DNA of 64,000 bases. Source: a virus. Lineage: Duplodnaviria > Caudoviricetes. Positions 51,781-59,955 of the stretch are shown here, one piece after another. Within the stretch, counting starts at the first letter, position 1. The number at the start of each line of letters is the position of its first letter. The stretch is taken from IMG/VR virus record IMGVR_UViG_3300037847_003419, positions 1,873 through 65,872 of that record; one strand, given 5' to 3'. The translations under genes and the position numbers were made by a program. The notes beneath the pieces were generated by a model. That model saw only the letters and a program-made list of their open reading frames with translations. It did not search any database and was not told the origin of the DNA.

Positions 51781-52071
51781 TTATTTAAACGTTTTTATAA
51801 TTTTTGGACCTTTTACAGAATCCAACTTTTTAGAAAAATGGTCGATGCTTCCATTAATTGCAGCTTCGGCACCTTCTACTGTTTCTCTACGCGTAACATC
51901 GTGCCATCTATCTTGTTGATCTGGATAAGAACACTCAGTTTGGTAAAATCCATTTGGTAACTGTGTTATTCTCCAGTTTGCTTTTTTAGCTAAATGTTTC
52001 CACTGGTTAATAGTTTCTTCGCTCGGTTTTGTGTTCGTGGTATACGAACTTTTGTAATACAAATAAGTCAT
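51781..52071 (-). CDS. conserved phage hypothetical protein
   Basis: NWRITQLPNGFYQTE...WHDVTRRETVEGAE. Confidence 0.6.
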   Translation of the reverse strand: MTYLYYKSSYTTNTKPSEETINQWKHLAKKANWRITQLPNGFYQTECSYPDQQDRWHDVTRRETVEGAEAAINGSIDHFSKKLDSVKGPKIIKTFK

Positions 52072-52105
52072 AGTTTTTGGTTTTATGTATTGGTTAATAA
52101 TTAGT

Positions 52106-52591
52106 TTATTTTTTCTTTTTCATTTTTACAGGTCCTTGTTCACCTGGTTTTAATTTATATCCTTTTTCAATAAGATCTTTTTCTATATTTTTAGCGGCGT
52201 CTTCTCCAAACTTTTTTACAAGTTGAGTTTTACTCATTTTTTGTAAGTCTTTAAAGCTATAGTCACCACCTTCGTATGCTGGTTCAAAATCTCCTTGTTC
52301 TGCTTGTTTCATTGGTGCTTTTGGCTCAGCTGGCACATCTCCTTTTGATGCATACCACTTTTTAAAATTCTTATTATTTAGATCGTAAGCGCCATCTCTA
52401 ATCATTTGATCCGCTTCTGTTTGACTAAATCCTTTTTCGTCTAGTAACCACTCTTTTAAATCTACTTTAGTTTGCTTAAAAGGATTCATAGTTTTTTTAC
52501 CCATTTGAAAGGCAGAAGATTTAGCTCTACCGTCTTTCATATTTTCGTTTCCTTTTCTATATAGGGAAGGTCCCTTCATTTTAAATGCCAT
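52106..52591 (-). CDS. small protein with MAFKMK leader
   Basis: MAFKMKGPSLY; NPFKQ, APMKQ. Confidence 0.65.
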   Translation of the reverse strand: MAFKMKGPSLYRKGNENMKDGRAKSSAFQMGKKTMNPFKQTKVDLKEWLLDEKGFSQTEADQMIRDGAYDLNNKNFKKWYASKGDVPAEPKAPMKQAEQGDFEPAYEGGDYSFKDLQKMSKTQLVKKFGEDAAKNIEKDLIEKGYKLKPGEQGPVKMKKKK

Positions 52592-52592
52592 A

Positions 52593-52946
52593 TTATATCT
52601 TGTTTTTTTCTTTCATATCTAAAGCTATCGCAACAGCCTGTTTCTGAGGATAACCTTCTTTTTTTAATATTCTTATTTTACTACCGACAGACTTTAAAGG
52701 AGGTTTAGTCTCTATTACTTCATTATCACCTGCAAACTCATAGTTTTTACCTGGTTTCATTAAAATAGTTTTTCCTGTCGATGTACCTGTTCCGTATAAA
52801 GGCCCGGCTTCAAGAGGTGAACCGTCTCTTTCAGTCATCGTTATTTTACCGCTAGGTATCTTAACTCTTTTCTTATTTTGGTTATGCCCTTTTCTAAATC
52901 CATTAGGATCAGTATAAAAGCTCGGTCCTTTCATTTTGAACGCCAT
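52593..52946 (-). CDS. small basic protein with MAFKMK leader; first gene of the late unit
   Basis: MAFKMKGPSFY; C-terminal KEGYPQKQAVAIAL module. Confidence 0.65.
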   Translation of the reverse strand: MAFKMKGPSFYTDPNGFRKGHNQNKKRVKIPSGKITMTERDGSPLEAGPLYGTGTSTGKTILMKPGKNYEFAGDNEVIETKPPLKSVGSKIRILKKEGYPQKQAVAIALDMKEKNKI

Positions 52947-53003
52947 ATTGTGTTTTATTAGTTACACTAATAATTACATGGAAAAACTATTATTTACAAA
53001 AAG

Positions 53004-53050
53004 TGTGACACTTGCCTGTTACTAGGTATTATTAATAGGCTTATGTCACA
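53004..53050. promoter_or_regulatory. inverted-repeat operator A (TGTGACAnnnGCCT...AGGCnnnTGTCACA)
   Basis: Inverted repeat in the divergent intergenic region; near-identical copy at 60513..60558. Confidence 0.6.
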
Positions 53051-53201
53051 AAAAAAATATATCGTAAATATTGGAGCAAAGTGTAGCCCCCTACCCCCTA
53101 GCCGGGCCCCCAAAATATAAAACTGAAACCAAAATACGGCCTCCGTGACACATTTTCATGACAAAATGACAAAAAAACTTGCGCGCAACATCACAAACAC
53201 T

Positions 53202-53233
53202 TACAAACTAAATACGATACCGTTTGGATAATA
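53202..53233 (+). promoter_or_regulatory. early promoter-like motif, copy 1
   Basis: TACAAACTAAATACGA-N8-GGATAATA. Confidence 0.75.
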
Positions 53234-53398
53234 TATATGTAAAACGAATAACAATGTATAACACTAAACTAACAAATATAATACAACTAACAATACTAAC
53301 AATACAAGTTACAATATTAATACTACTTGAATTATACAGTTAGAAGTGTCGGACAGTACTAGTAATGTAAAATTATACAATAAACAAAGTATATACTT

Positions 53399-53430
53399 TA
53401 CAAACTAAATACGAAACAAATTGGATAATA
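53399..53430 (+). promoter_or_regulatory. early promoter-like motif, copy 2
   Basis: TACAAACTAAATACGA-N8-GGATAATA, upstream of 53496. Confidence 0.75.
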
Positions 53431-53495
53431 ATAATGTAAATAAACTAAATAAAAATAAATAAACAGAATATTAACTTAAATAAAAAATTAAAATT

Positions 53496-53726
53496 ATGGA
53501 AAATGTATTAAAAATGAAAAGATTTGTAGTAAGAAAGTCACTAATCGGTAAAAATCAAATTATAACTTTCACTACTAAAAAAGGTAAAGAAGTTACTTAC
53601 AATCACGACAAAGTATACAATATTATGAAAGATACTTTAAACACTCTACCATGTTGGGAAAAATATAAGTCGTATACTTGTACAAATAACATACCAGTAG
53701 TATGTAGAGATAAAGAAATTATCTAG
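53496..53726 (+). CDS. first early gene, hypothetical
   Basis: A-rich leader; downstream of two promoter motifs. Confidence 0.65.
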   Translation: MENVLKMKRFVVRKSLIGKNQIITFTTKKGKEVTYNHDKVYNIMKDTLNTLPCWEKYKSYTCTNNIPVVCRDKEII

Positions 53727-53843
53727 TAATTTCAACAAAAAACTCAGTCGATAAATACTCTGTATGAAGTACAGATTAGTACAGAGTGACTGGACACATA
53801 GTTCCACTTGTTTAGTGTGTTATAAAAAATGTGAATGAGTATC

Positions 53844-53887
53844 AGTGTGAAAGGTTAATAGTAGTTCGATTCTACTCCACACTACTA
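53844..53887 (+). ncRNA. tRNA-like minihelix element 1
   Basis: AGTGTG/CACACT stem, GGTTAAT linker, AGTAG-TTCGATT-CTACT T-arm, 3' ACTA. Confidence 0.5.
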
Positions 53888-53918
53888 ATAGAATGTTTAA
53901 CTATAAAAATATATAATT

Positions 53919-54161
53919 ATGAATAGAAATGAATTAAAAACGTTATTCTTCCAAATGGATTTGTCTAACGTTCCAGTAAAAAAACAAATAATAGTAGATG
54001 TAAACAAAGGACCTCACTGGAAAGGTTATGGTACAATAGAAATATTAAGTGATGGACCAAATGGTCTTAGTTCATTCAAGACTTTCCAACAGTTTCCGTT
54101 CGAGTACATTGAAACTCGTGAAGAATACAAATCAGGTGAGTATGAATTAATAGTAAAATAA
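53919..54161 (+). CDS. early hypothetical protein
   Basis: ORF with A-rich leader, ending just before promoter copy 3. Confidence 0.6.
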   Translation: MNRNELKTLFFQMDLSNVPVKKQIIVDVNKGPHWKGYGTIEILSDGPNGLSSFKTFQQFPFEYIETREEYKSGEYELIVK

Positions 54162-54163
54162 AA

Positions 54164-54195
54164 TACAAACTAAATACGAACTTAGTTGGATAATA
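54164..54195 (+). promoter_or_regulatory. early promoter-like motif, copy 3
   Basis: TACAAACTAAATACGA-N8-GGATAATA. Confidence 0.75.
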
Positions 54196-54227
54196 TATAT
54201 GAATTTAAACTTAAAAAAATAAATACT

Positions 54228-54467
54228 ATGAAATTAAAAACCAATCAACTCCAAATTATTAAATTAAAAAACCAAACTTATTTACCTTTTCAATTACACC
54301 AATTACCAAAATGGTTTAATAAGTATTATACAAATTACTTCAACTTAAAAGGTTATTGTTATATTAACATCAACGATATAAAAGAAAATAATAAATACTT
54401 TGACCTTCAAAATTATAAGGATAGAATGGTTTTCCATAAAAGTTTCGACCATAAAGGTCACAAATAA
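54228..54467 (+). CDS. early hypothetical protein
   Basis: The track start at 54186 falls inside the promoter motif, so the start is moved to MKLKTNQ. Confidence 0.55.
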   Translation: MKLKTNQLQIIKLKNQTYLPFQLHQLPKWFNKYYTNYFNLKGYCYININDIKENNKYFDLQNYKDRMVFHKSFDHKGHK

Positions 54468-54469
54468 AA

Positions 54470-54501
54470 TACAAACTAAATACGATTACTAACGGATAAT
54501 A
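54470..54501 (+). promoter_or_regulatory. early promoter-like motif, copy 4
   Basis: TACAAACTAAATACGA-N8-GGATAATA. Confidence 0.75.
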
Positions 54502-54647
54502 TAATAAAATAAAATTATGAACGAAAGATTATTAAGAAAATATTTATTAATGTACTTACCCTATTTTAATAAAGAGAAGGATTGTTACGAGAAATGGATG
54601 GAAACAGTACAAGATGAAATTAGAAACATATTAAATAAAGATGAATT

Positions 54648-54893
54648 ATGAGTAGAGAAATTAAAGTAAGTAAGTATGAAGGTAACACACATTACACTGT
54701 TGTAGTGATAGATAGTTACGGACAAGAACATCACGTTGGTATTTATAAACATATCTATACAAATAAACTAGAGGAGAAGGCCCTCGAGATATGGTCAAAC
54801 GAAGTGAAACGTGAGATAACTCCAATGGAGAGAGCGATTTCGTGGTGTGTAAATAATGATATAAGTAAAGGTAGAGAACCTAGTTTGGATTAA
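54648..54893 (+). CDS. early hypothetical protein
   Basis: ORF track; co-oriented with the early unit. Confidence 0.6.
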   Translation: MSREIKVSKYEGNTHYTVVVIDSYGQEHHVGIYKHIYTNKLEEKALEIWSNEVKREITPMERAISWCVNNDISKGREPSLD

Positions 54894-54920
54894 AATTCCA
54901 CTCAATAGAGTGTCTCAATA

Positions 54921-54963
54921 GGTAGAATGGTTAATGTGAGGTTCGATTCCTCACCTACCACTA
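54921..54963 (+). ncRNA. tRNA-like minihelix element 2
   Basis: GGTAG/CTACC stem, GGTTAAT linker, GTGAGG-TTCGATT-CCTCAC T-arm, 3' ACTA. Confidence 0.5.
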
Positions 54964-55067
54964 AAATATAATAAAATGGAAATAATAAAAATAATAATCA
55001 GTACAGTGGTAATAGTATCAGTTATGGTATTTTTACTAAAACTAGTACACAAAATTTGTGATGAAAT

Positions 55068-55418
55068 ATGGAAAAAATTAAATTAAGTATAGTAGGACTA
55101 CTACTAAGTGGGTTGAGTTATGGACAGACAATGAAACAATGTTGTGTGAAAACTGTAAAAGAAGTATATGAGTACGAGGGTATGGTTATGTCAGAATTCA
55201 GTAAAGACTCTGTTAAAATTAGTTATCAAGAACTAAGTAATATATGGGTAGAATTAGACGACATTATATCTATGATGGAAGAAGACGAAAATAACGGTGA
55301 TTACTCTCATGGTTCTATCGAAGAACAGTGGGGACAAATATACTGGATGTCTTTAATCGTAGACAGATTAGAAGAAATATTATCAGAACACGGTCATAAA
55401 AGACACTTAAACAAGTAA
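55068..55418 (+). CDS. early exported acidic protein
   Basis: Signal-like MEKIKLSIVGLLLSGLSYGQ. Confidence 0.55.
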   Translation: MEKIKLSIVGLLLSGLSYGQTMKQCCVKTVKEVYEYEGMVMSEFSKDSVKISYQELSNIWVELDDIISMMEEDENNGDYSHGSIEEQWGQIYWMSLIVDRLEEILSEHGHKRHLNK

Positions 55419-55506
55419 AATATGAGTGAAAAAAAACAACAAAGTATATTTTTTATAATATACTTTATTATAGTATTGTCAATGTTATTTATTAATTATC
55501 AGTAGA

Positions 55507-55538
55507 TACAAACTAAATACGAACTAAATCGGATAATA
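55507..55538 (+). promoter_or_regulatory. early promoter-like motif, copy 5
   Basis: TACAAACTAAATACGA-N8-GGATAATA. Confidence 0.75.
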
Positions 55539-55561
55539 ATATAAAATAAAATAAAATATAT

Positions 55562-55810
55562 ATGTACAGAAACGAAGAAGAATATGAGTTTTACACCAAA
55601 CAAGTGTGTAAGTGTGGTGAAGTAATACCACAAGGTAGATTAGATTTAGGTTACAAAGTGTGTGTAAACTGTAGTAGTGTAGAACAATATGGTTGTGCAC
55701 CACTAATTAACCACAAAACAGGTAATAGTATACAAATAATGTCTATGAGTGACTCAAGAAAAATAGGTAAGTTAACTCAACGTAGAGGTTATGGTACAAT
55801 GTTGTGTTAA
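55562..55810 (+). CDS. DksA/TraR-type C4 zinc-finger protein
   Basis: CKCGEVIPQGRLDLGYKVCVNC resembles C..CG..IP..RL......C..C. Confidence 0.6.
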   Translation: MYRNEEEYEFYTKQVCKCGEVIPQGRLDLGYKVCVNCSSVEQYGCAPLINHKTGNSIQIMSMSDSRKIGKLTQRRGYGTMLC

Positions 55811-55842
55811 TACAAACTAAATACGACAATAGAAGGATAATA
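55811..55842 (+). promoter_or_regulatory. early promoter-like motif, copy 6
   Basis: TACAAACTAAATACGA-N8-GGATAATA. Confidence 0.75.
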
Positions 55843-55864
55843 TAAATAAATAAAATATAATAAT

Positions 55865-56278
55865 ATGAAACAAAAAAGATTTAAACTAGAGTACAAAGAC
55901 TCTATAGACATGAGGTGTATACAAGTAATATACGGTAAAAGTGAGAAAAAAGCAATACAAAATTTTCAAGTTGAATTACTTACACAAGATGACTACATGA
56001 CACAACTAATTGACATTGAAGAGGTTCCTGAAGACACAGTATTTGTAGACAATAAGTCTCCTAACTGGAAACTTGAAGACGGTACAGAGTTAGATAAAGA
56101 TAGTCAAGACATACTAAATGAAGCTATGAGTACTTACACTAATAGTGAAGGTTTAACACTAGAACAAGCGATGGAAAGAGTGTCACGAAATAAATTAGAA
56201 GCAGAGAAAGATATACTATGGGAGTATATTAGTGATAAAGATGTAGATGAAATATCTAAAAAATTAGAAGAATTATGA
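55865..56278 (+). CDS. early acidic hypothetical protein
   Basis: ORF directly after promoter copy 6. Confidence 0.6.
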   Translation: MKQKRFKLEYKDSIDMRCIQVIYGKSEKKAIQNFQVELLTQDDYMTQLIDIEEVPEDTVFVDNKSPNWKLEDGTELDKDSQDILNEAMSTYTNSEGLTLEQAMERVSRNKLEAEKDILWEYISDKDVDEISKKLEEL

Positions 56279-56496
56279 AAAAGTTTAATATACAAGACAG
56301 AGTTATACTAGATGAAATGGTAGATAACTTTACAATGGAAATGCACAAGAGTCAGGACGAGTCAGAGTTAATGGGTAAAAGACCTATTATAACTAGACAA
56401 TACTGGTTAGAAATGATAAAACAAGTACAAAATAAAATAGATGAACTAACGACTAAGAAAGCACTAAGTCACAGTAATCAATATAGAAATAAATAA
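56275..56496 (+). CDS. early hypothetical protein
   Basis: ATGA overlap with the upstream gene. Confidence 0.6.
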   Translation: MKKFNIQDRVILDEMVDNFTMEMHKSQDESELMGKRPIITRQYWLEMIKQVQNKIDELTTKKALSHSNQYRNK

Positions 56497-56497
56497 T

Positions 56498-57010
56498 ATG
56501 AGTATAGAAAAAACATTACAACTACTTAATATACAAGAAGTTACGACAAATAAACAAAAGAAAAATGGTACAAGAATATTTAGATTACCAATAAAAATGT
56601 ATAAAGAATATATAGAAGTCGGTAGTTTCAAGTCGGGTTATGTAAGACGTATGAATGGTGGGTATACACCTTATCAACTAAATAAAAGAAATTACTATGA
56701 TCATTACTATAAATCTTATGACGGTAAATGGGTTGATGGTGAGTACGTACAGAAGTGGAATGGTAAATACAACAAGATGACTTGTAGAGGTTGTATATTA
56801 ATACCAAACGAAGAAGATAGAATACAGTACTTAATAGACTATTGTCTCAAAAATTATTATATAAAACAAGCTAATATGATAGAAGATGGTAAGTTTGTAC
56901 CTAAATGGTATCACGAAGAAAAACTAAAACATTTTCAACATGTTCAAGAACCAGAAGTAAAAGTAGTAGTAAATGGACATAGATATAACGTAAGTGAATG
57001 GTTTAAATAA
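56498..57010 (+). CDS. early hypothetical protein
   Basis: ORF track; tightly packed with neighbours. Confidence 0.6.
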   Translation: MSIEKTLQLLNIQEVTTNKQKKNGTRIFRLPIKMYKEYIEVGSFKSGYVRRMNGGYTPYQLNKRNYYDHYYKSYDGKWVDGEYVQKWNGKYNKMTCRGCILIPNEEDRIQYLIDYCLKNYYIKQANMIEDGKFVPKWYHEEKLKHFQHVQEPEVKVVVNGHRYNVSEWFK

Positions 57011-57471
57011 ATTAATATGAATATAGATAAATATACAATAATACAATGTGAAGACTTAGAGCTAGTGAAAGAAGCATTTGAAATATTAATAGAAGATATT
57101 GAAAACGATTTAGTAGACAATAGTAAAACTAGTCAGTATAGACAGAAGTTATTAACAAAGTTAAACAAATTATACAAAAGATTATGATAGAATTAATAAT
57201 AATACTAGGTGTAGGTATAGTGCTAGGTATGTATATAACCTCACAAATAAAATGTAATATAAGAAGAAATATATTTAATAAAAACGTAGAAGAATATGAA
57301 AAAAAGAAAACTAAACAGTAAAAACCCTAAATACCATGACAAAAGCCAGGTAAGTGAAAAACCTACTATGATTAAAGAAGGCAGTGCCAAAGTGAGAAAT
57401 AGTAGTGGTAAATTAACTGGTGATAAAGTTAAGGTAAAAGGAGTGTGGTATTAATAATTAAATAAAAAGAT

Positions 57472-57846
57472 ATGAATGAATCAAAAGAACTGTTAGAAGC
57501 TACAGTAAAAGGCTTACAAGAGAAAATACAGTCATTACAAACTGACTTAAACGAAAAACAAAAAGAGTTAAATGATATAAACAAACCAGTAATGGAAGCT
57601 TGGATGTATGACGAAATACATGGTTTAGTCGAAGACGGAGTTGGTGATTACGATTTTAGTGATGCAGATAATTATGAGTTTGACCCTGAGTTTGATTATG
57701 ATAATAGAATTGTCATTGGAAGTATAGAAATGAACGACACTAGTTATATAGTGGAATCTATAATGAATAAAATAGATAGATATTTTAAAGTATTACCAAC
57801 AAATACAGAGGAAAATACAATAACTGAAGTAAAAAAAGTAATATAA
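57472..57846 (+). CDS. hypothetical protein (N-terminal coiled coil, acidic C-terminus)
   Basis: ORF track; A-rich leader. Confidence 0.6.
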   Translation: MNESKELLEATVKGLQEKIQSLQTDLNEKQKELNDINKPVMEAWMYDEIHGLVEDGVGDYDFSDADNYEFDPEFDYDNRIVIGSIEMNDTSYIVESIMNKIDRYFKVLPTNTEENTITEVKKVI

Positions 57847-57847
57847 T

Positions 57848-58135
57848 ATGAAGATAACAAGTAAACAAGTAAGAGATTATTTTGCCTGGAGATCGGACGA
57901 AAAACTAAGACATTGTCCTGACTGTATATCTATGGCATGTAATGATGTAGCAGAAGATTTTAAAACAAGTAAATTTGATGATAGAGTAGTGACAGCTAAA
58001 GATCTAATGAAATTACTATTTTTCAACGATCCAATACCTCAACTACATACACATAGTTATGGGTTTCATACAGGGTCAGGCAGAGCTATTATTGAGAAAT
58101 TACAAATGAAATATTATGAATACAATGAAAACTAA
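57848..58135 (+). CDS. hypothetical protein (CxxC and HxH, possible metal site)
   Basis: HCPDC...LHTHSYGFH. Confidence 0.55.
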   Translation: MKITSKQVRDYFAWRSDEKLRHCPDCISMACNDVAEDFKTSKFDDRVVTAKDLMKLLFFNDPIPQLHTHSYGFHTGSGRAIIEKLQMKYYEYNEN

Positions 58136-58379
58136 ACAAGAACTACCTAAATGGTTTGAAGGAGACGTTTATGAAGAAGGTGGAACTGTGTCAAACAGAT
58201 TTACAGGAGAAGAGATTGAGTTAAATAACATAGAATTATCTATGTATGACCTTGTGATGGGTGCCACCATGGTAATTGAAATGGGTAGATATAACGATAA
58301 GTTATTGAGTATGCATAGAAAAGGATTACAATGGTTTAGAGTACACAATCCAACGGCTTACATGGTATTATTAGATTAA
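58116..58379 (+). CDS. conserved phage hypothetical protein
   Basis: NRFTGEEIELNNIELSMYD...WFRVHNPTAYMVLLD. Confidence 0.6.
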   Translation: MNTMKTKQELPKWFEGDVYEEGGTVSNRFTGEEIELNNIELSMYDLVMGATMVIEMGRYNDKLLSMHRKGLQWFRVHNPTAYMVLLD

Positions 58380-58389
58380 AAAAAAGAAT

Positions 58390-58818
58390 ATGGCGACAAG
58401 AGCATTAATAAATTTCGTTGAAAGAGAAGATGGAGTAACTTTCAGCGCACATCCAGGTGTGGATAAAATACACGTACAAATATATAATCACTACAATGGT
58501 CATCCAGAAGGTTTGGGTGTGACATTAGCTGAATATCTACAAGATTTTAAAATAGTTAATGGATTACCTATGAGAACTGATAAATTAGCTAATGGACTAG
58601 GTTGTTTATCGGCTCAAGTAGTTAGCTATTTAAAAGACGAGCCAGGTAATGTATACTTATATAAACCAGGCGAAAGAGGATGGGAAGACTATGAATACTT
58701 TATATGGTGTAAAGAGGGTCATGGTGTATGGATAAGTATATTCGATTATGAAGGTAATTGTATATTTGTAGGCGAACCAGATAAATTAATAGAAAAATAC
58801 GAGTATAATGACAGATAA
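58390..58818 (+). CDS. conserved phage hypothetical protein
   Basis: MATRALI...IYNHYNGHPEGLG..L pattern. Confidence 0.6.
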   Translation: MATRALINFVEREDGVTFSAHPGVDKIHVQIYNHYNGHPEGLGVTLAEYLQDFKIVNGLPMRTDKLANGLGCLSAQVVSYLKDEPGNVYLYKPGERGWEDYEYFIWCKEGHGVWISIFDYEGNCIFVGEPDKLIEKYEYNDR

Positions 58819-59086
58819 AGAAATGAACAAACTAGCAGATATAATTGTTGATAAATTGTTAACAACTTATATTAGAGAACAAGCACAGTGGTATTCAACT
58901 AACACGTTTGATGATTTTATGAGTTTTAGTAAAAAGCCAAAAACAAATACTGAAGAAGAGTTGTTAGGTGAGTTAGCTAGCCTAATGACACAGTTAAATC
59001 TTCATCAAGAAAAAGAAGAATATGAGAAATGTGCTGATATAAAGAAAAAAATTGATGAACTAAAGAAAAAAATAAAGAATTTATGA
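58808..59086 (+). CDS. UVR (UvrB/C) motif protein
   Basis: C-terminal EKEEYEKCADIKKKID. Confidence 0.6.
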   Translation: MTDKEMNKLADIIVDKLLTTYIREQAQWYSTNTFDDFMSFSKKPKTNTEEELLGELASLMTQLNLHQEKEEYEKCADIKKKIDELKKKIKNL

Positions 59087-59955
59087 TGAGAAAAAAACCA
59101 ATGTTAGCATATCCCGTTAACAACAAACCAATAGATTACAGTAAACCAGTATTTATGCAACCAAAGTTAGATGGTGTTAGGTGTTTGATACAAGCTGAAA
59201 AAAGAGGTGACAAAAGCCAGTTAGGTCATCTAAAAGTTACAGCGTATTCACGTACCGGTAAAGAGTGGAAAAATATTAACCATATACTAGTAAGTCTAGC
59301 GCCTTTCTTTGACAAATATCCTAATGTTATACTTGATGGTGAGTTATATAATCATGATTTTAGAGACGATTTTGAGTCTATCATATCTATGGTCAGAAAA
59401 ACAAAACCAACCAACGAGGATATAATTAAATCAGCCGAAAACGTACAGTTTTATTGTTATGATATTGTTGATGAAGATACTTTGTTTGAAGCGCGTAACA
59501 GTTTTATTACAACACAAGTTGAATCTGGTAGATGTATCAAGCACGTTCCAACTATATCAGTATCTACAGAAGTACAAGCTAAAGATTACCATCAAGCTAA
59601 TTTAAACGCAGGTTTTGAAGGCTCTATATTACGTACTAATGATGTATATCAGTGTAAAAGATCTCATAGTTTAAGAAAGTTCAAAGACTTTCATGATGAC
59701 GAAGCTTTAATTGTAGGTTATGTTGACGGTAAAGGTAAACGTGAAGGTACGCTCGGTAAGTTTATTATGCAAGATGATAACGGTGTAGAGTTTGGTTGTC
59801 CACCTGGTAAAGGTTATACGTATGCTCAACTAAAAGACATACTTGATAACATACACGATTACATCGGTGAAAGAGCTACGTTTACATACTTTGAAAAAAC
59901 TAAAGCGGGTAGTTACAGACACCCATTGTTTAAATGTATTAGAAATTACGAATAA
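59083..59955 (+). CDS. ATP-dependent DNA ligase
   Basis: QPKLDGVR (adenylated Lys), YSRTGK, LDGELY, FEGSILR, C-terminal OB fold RHPLFK. Confidence 0.92.
   Translation: MMRKKPMLAYPVNNKPIDYSKPVFMQPKLDGVRCLIQAEKRGDKSQLGHLKVTAYSRTGKEWKNINHILVSLAPFFDKYPNVILDGELYNHDFRDDFESIISMVRKTKPTNEDIIKSAENVQFYCYDIVDEDTLFEARNSFITTQVESGRCIKHVPTISVSTEVQAKDYHQANLNAGFEGSILRTNDVYQCKRSHSLRKFKDFHDDEALIVGYVDGKGKREGTLGKFIMQDDNGVEFGCPPGKGYTYAQLKDILDNIHDYIGERATFTYFEKTKAGSYRHPLFKCIRNYE

Noticed and set aside
53004-53050. TGTGA...TCACA as a CRP site
   Set aside because: CRP needs a 6-nt spacer; here the arms are more than 30 nt apart and extend to GCC.
53844-54963. TTCGATT hairpins as genuine tRNA genes
   Set aside because: Only about 10 nt separate the acceptor-like strand from the T-arm, leaving no room for D and anticodon arms.
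53202-55842. Six repeats as a CRISPR array
   Set aside because: Spacing is irregular (about 200-1000 nt), the intervals mostly contain genes, the repeat has a variable 8-nt core, and there are no cas genes.
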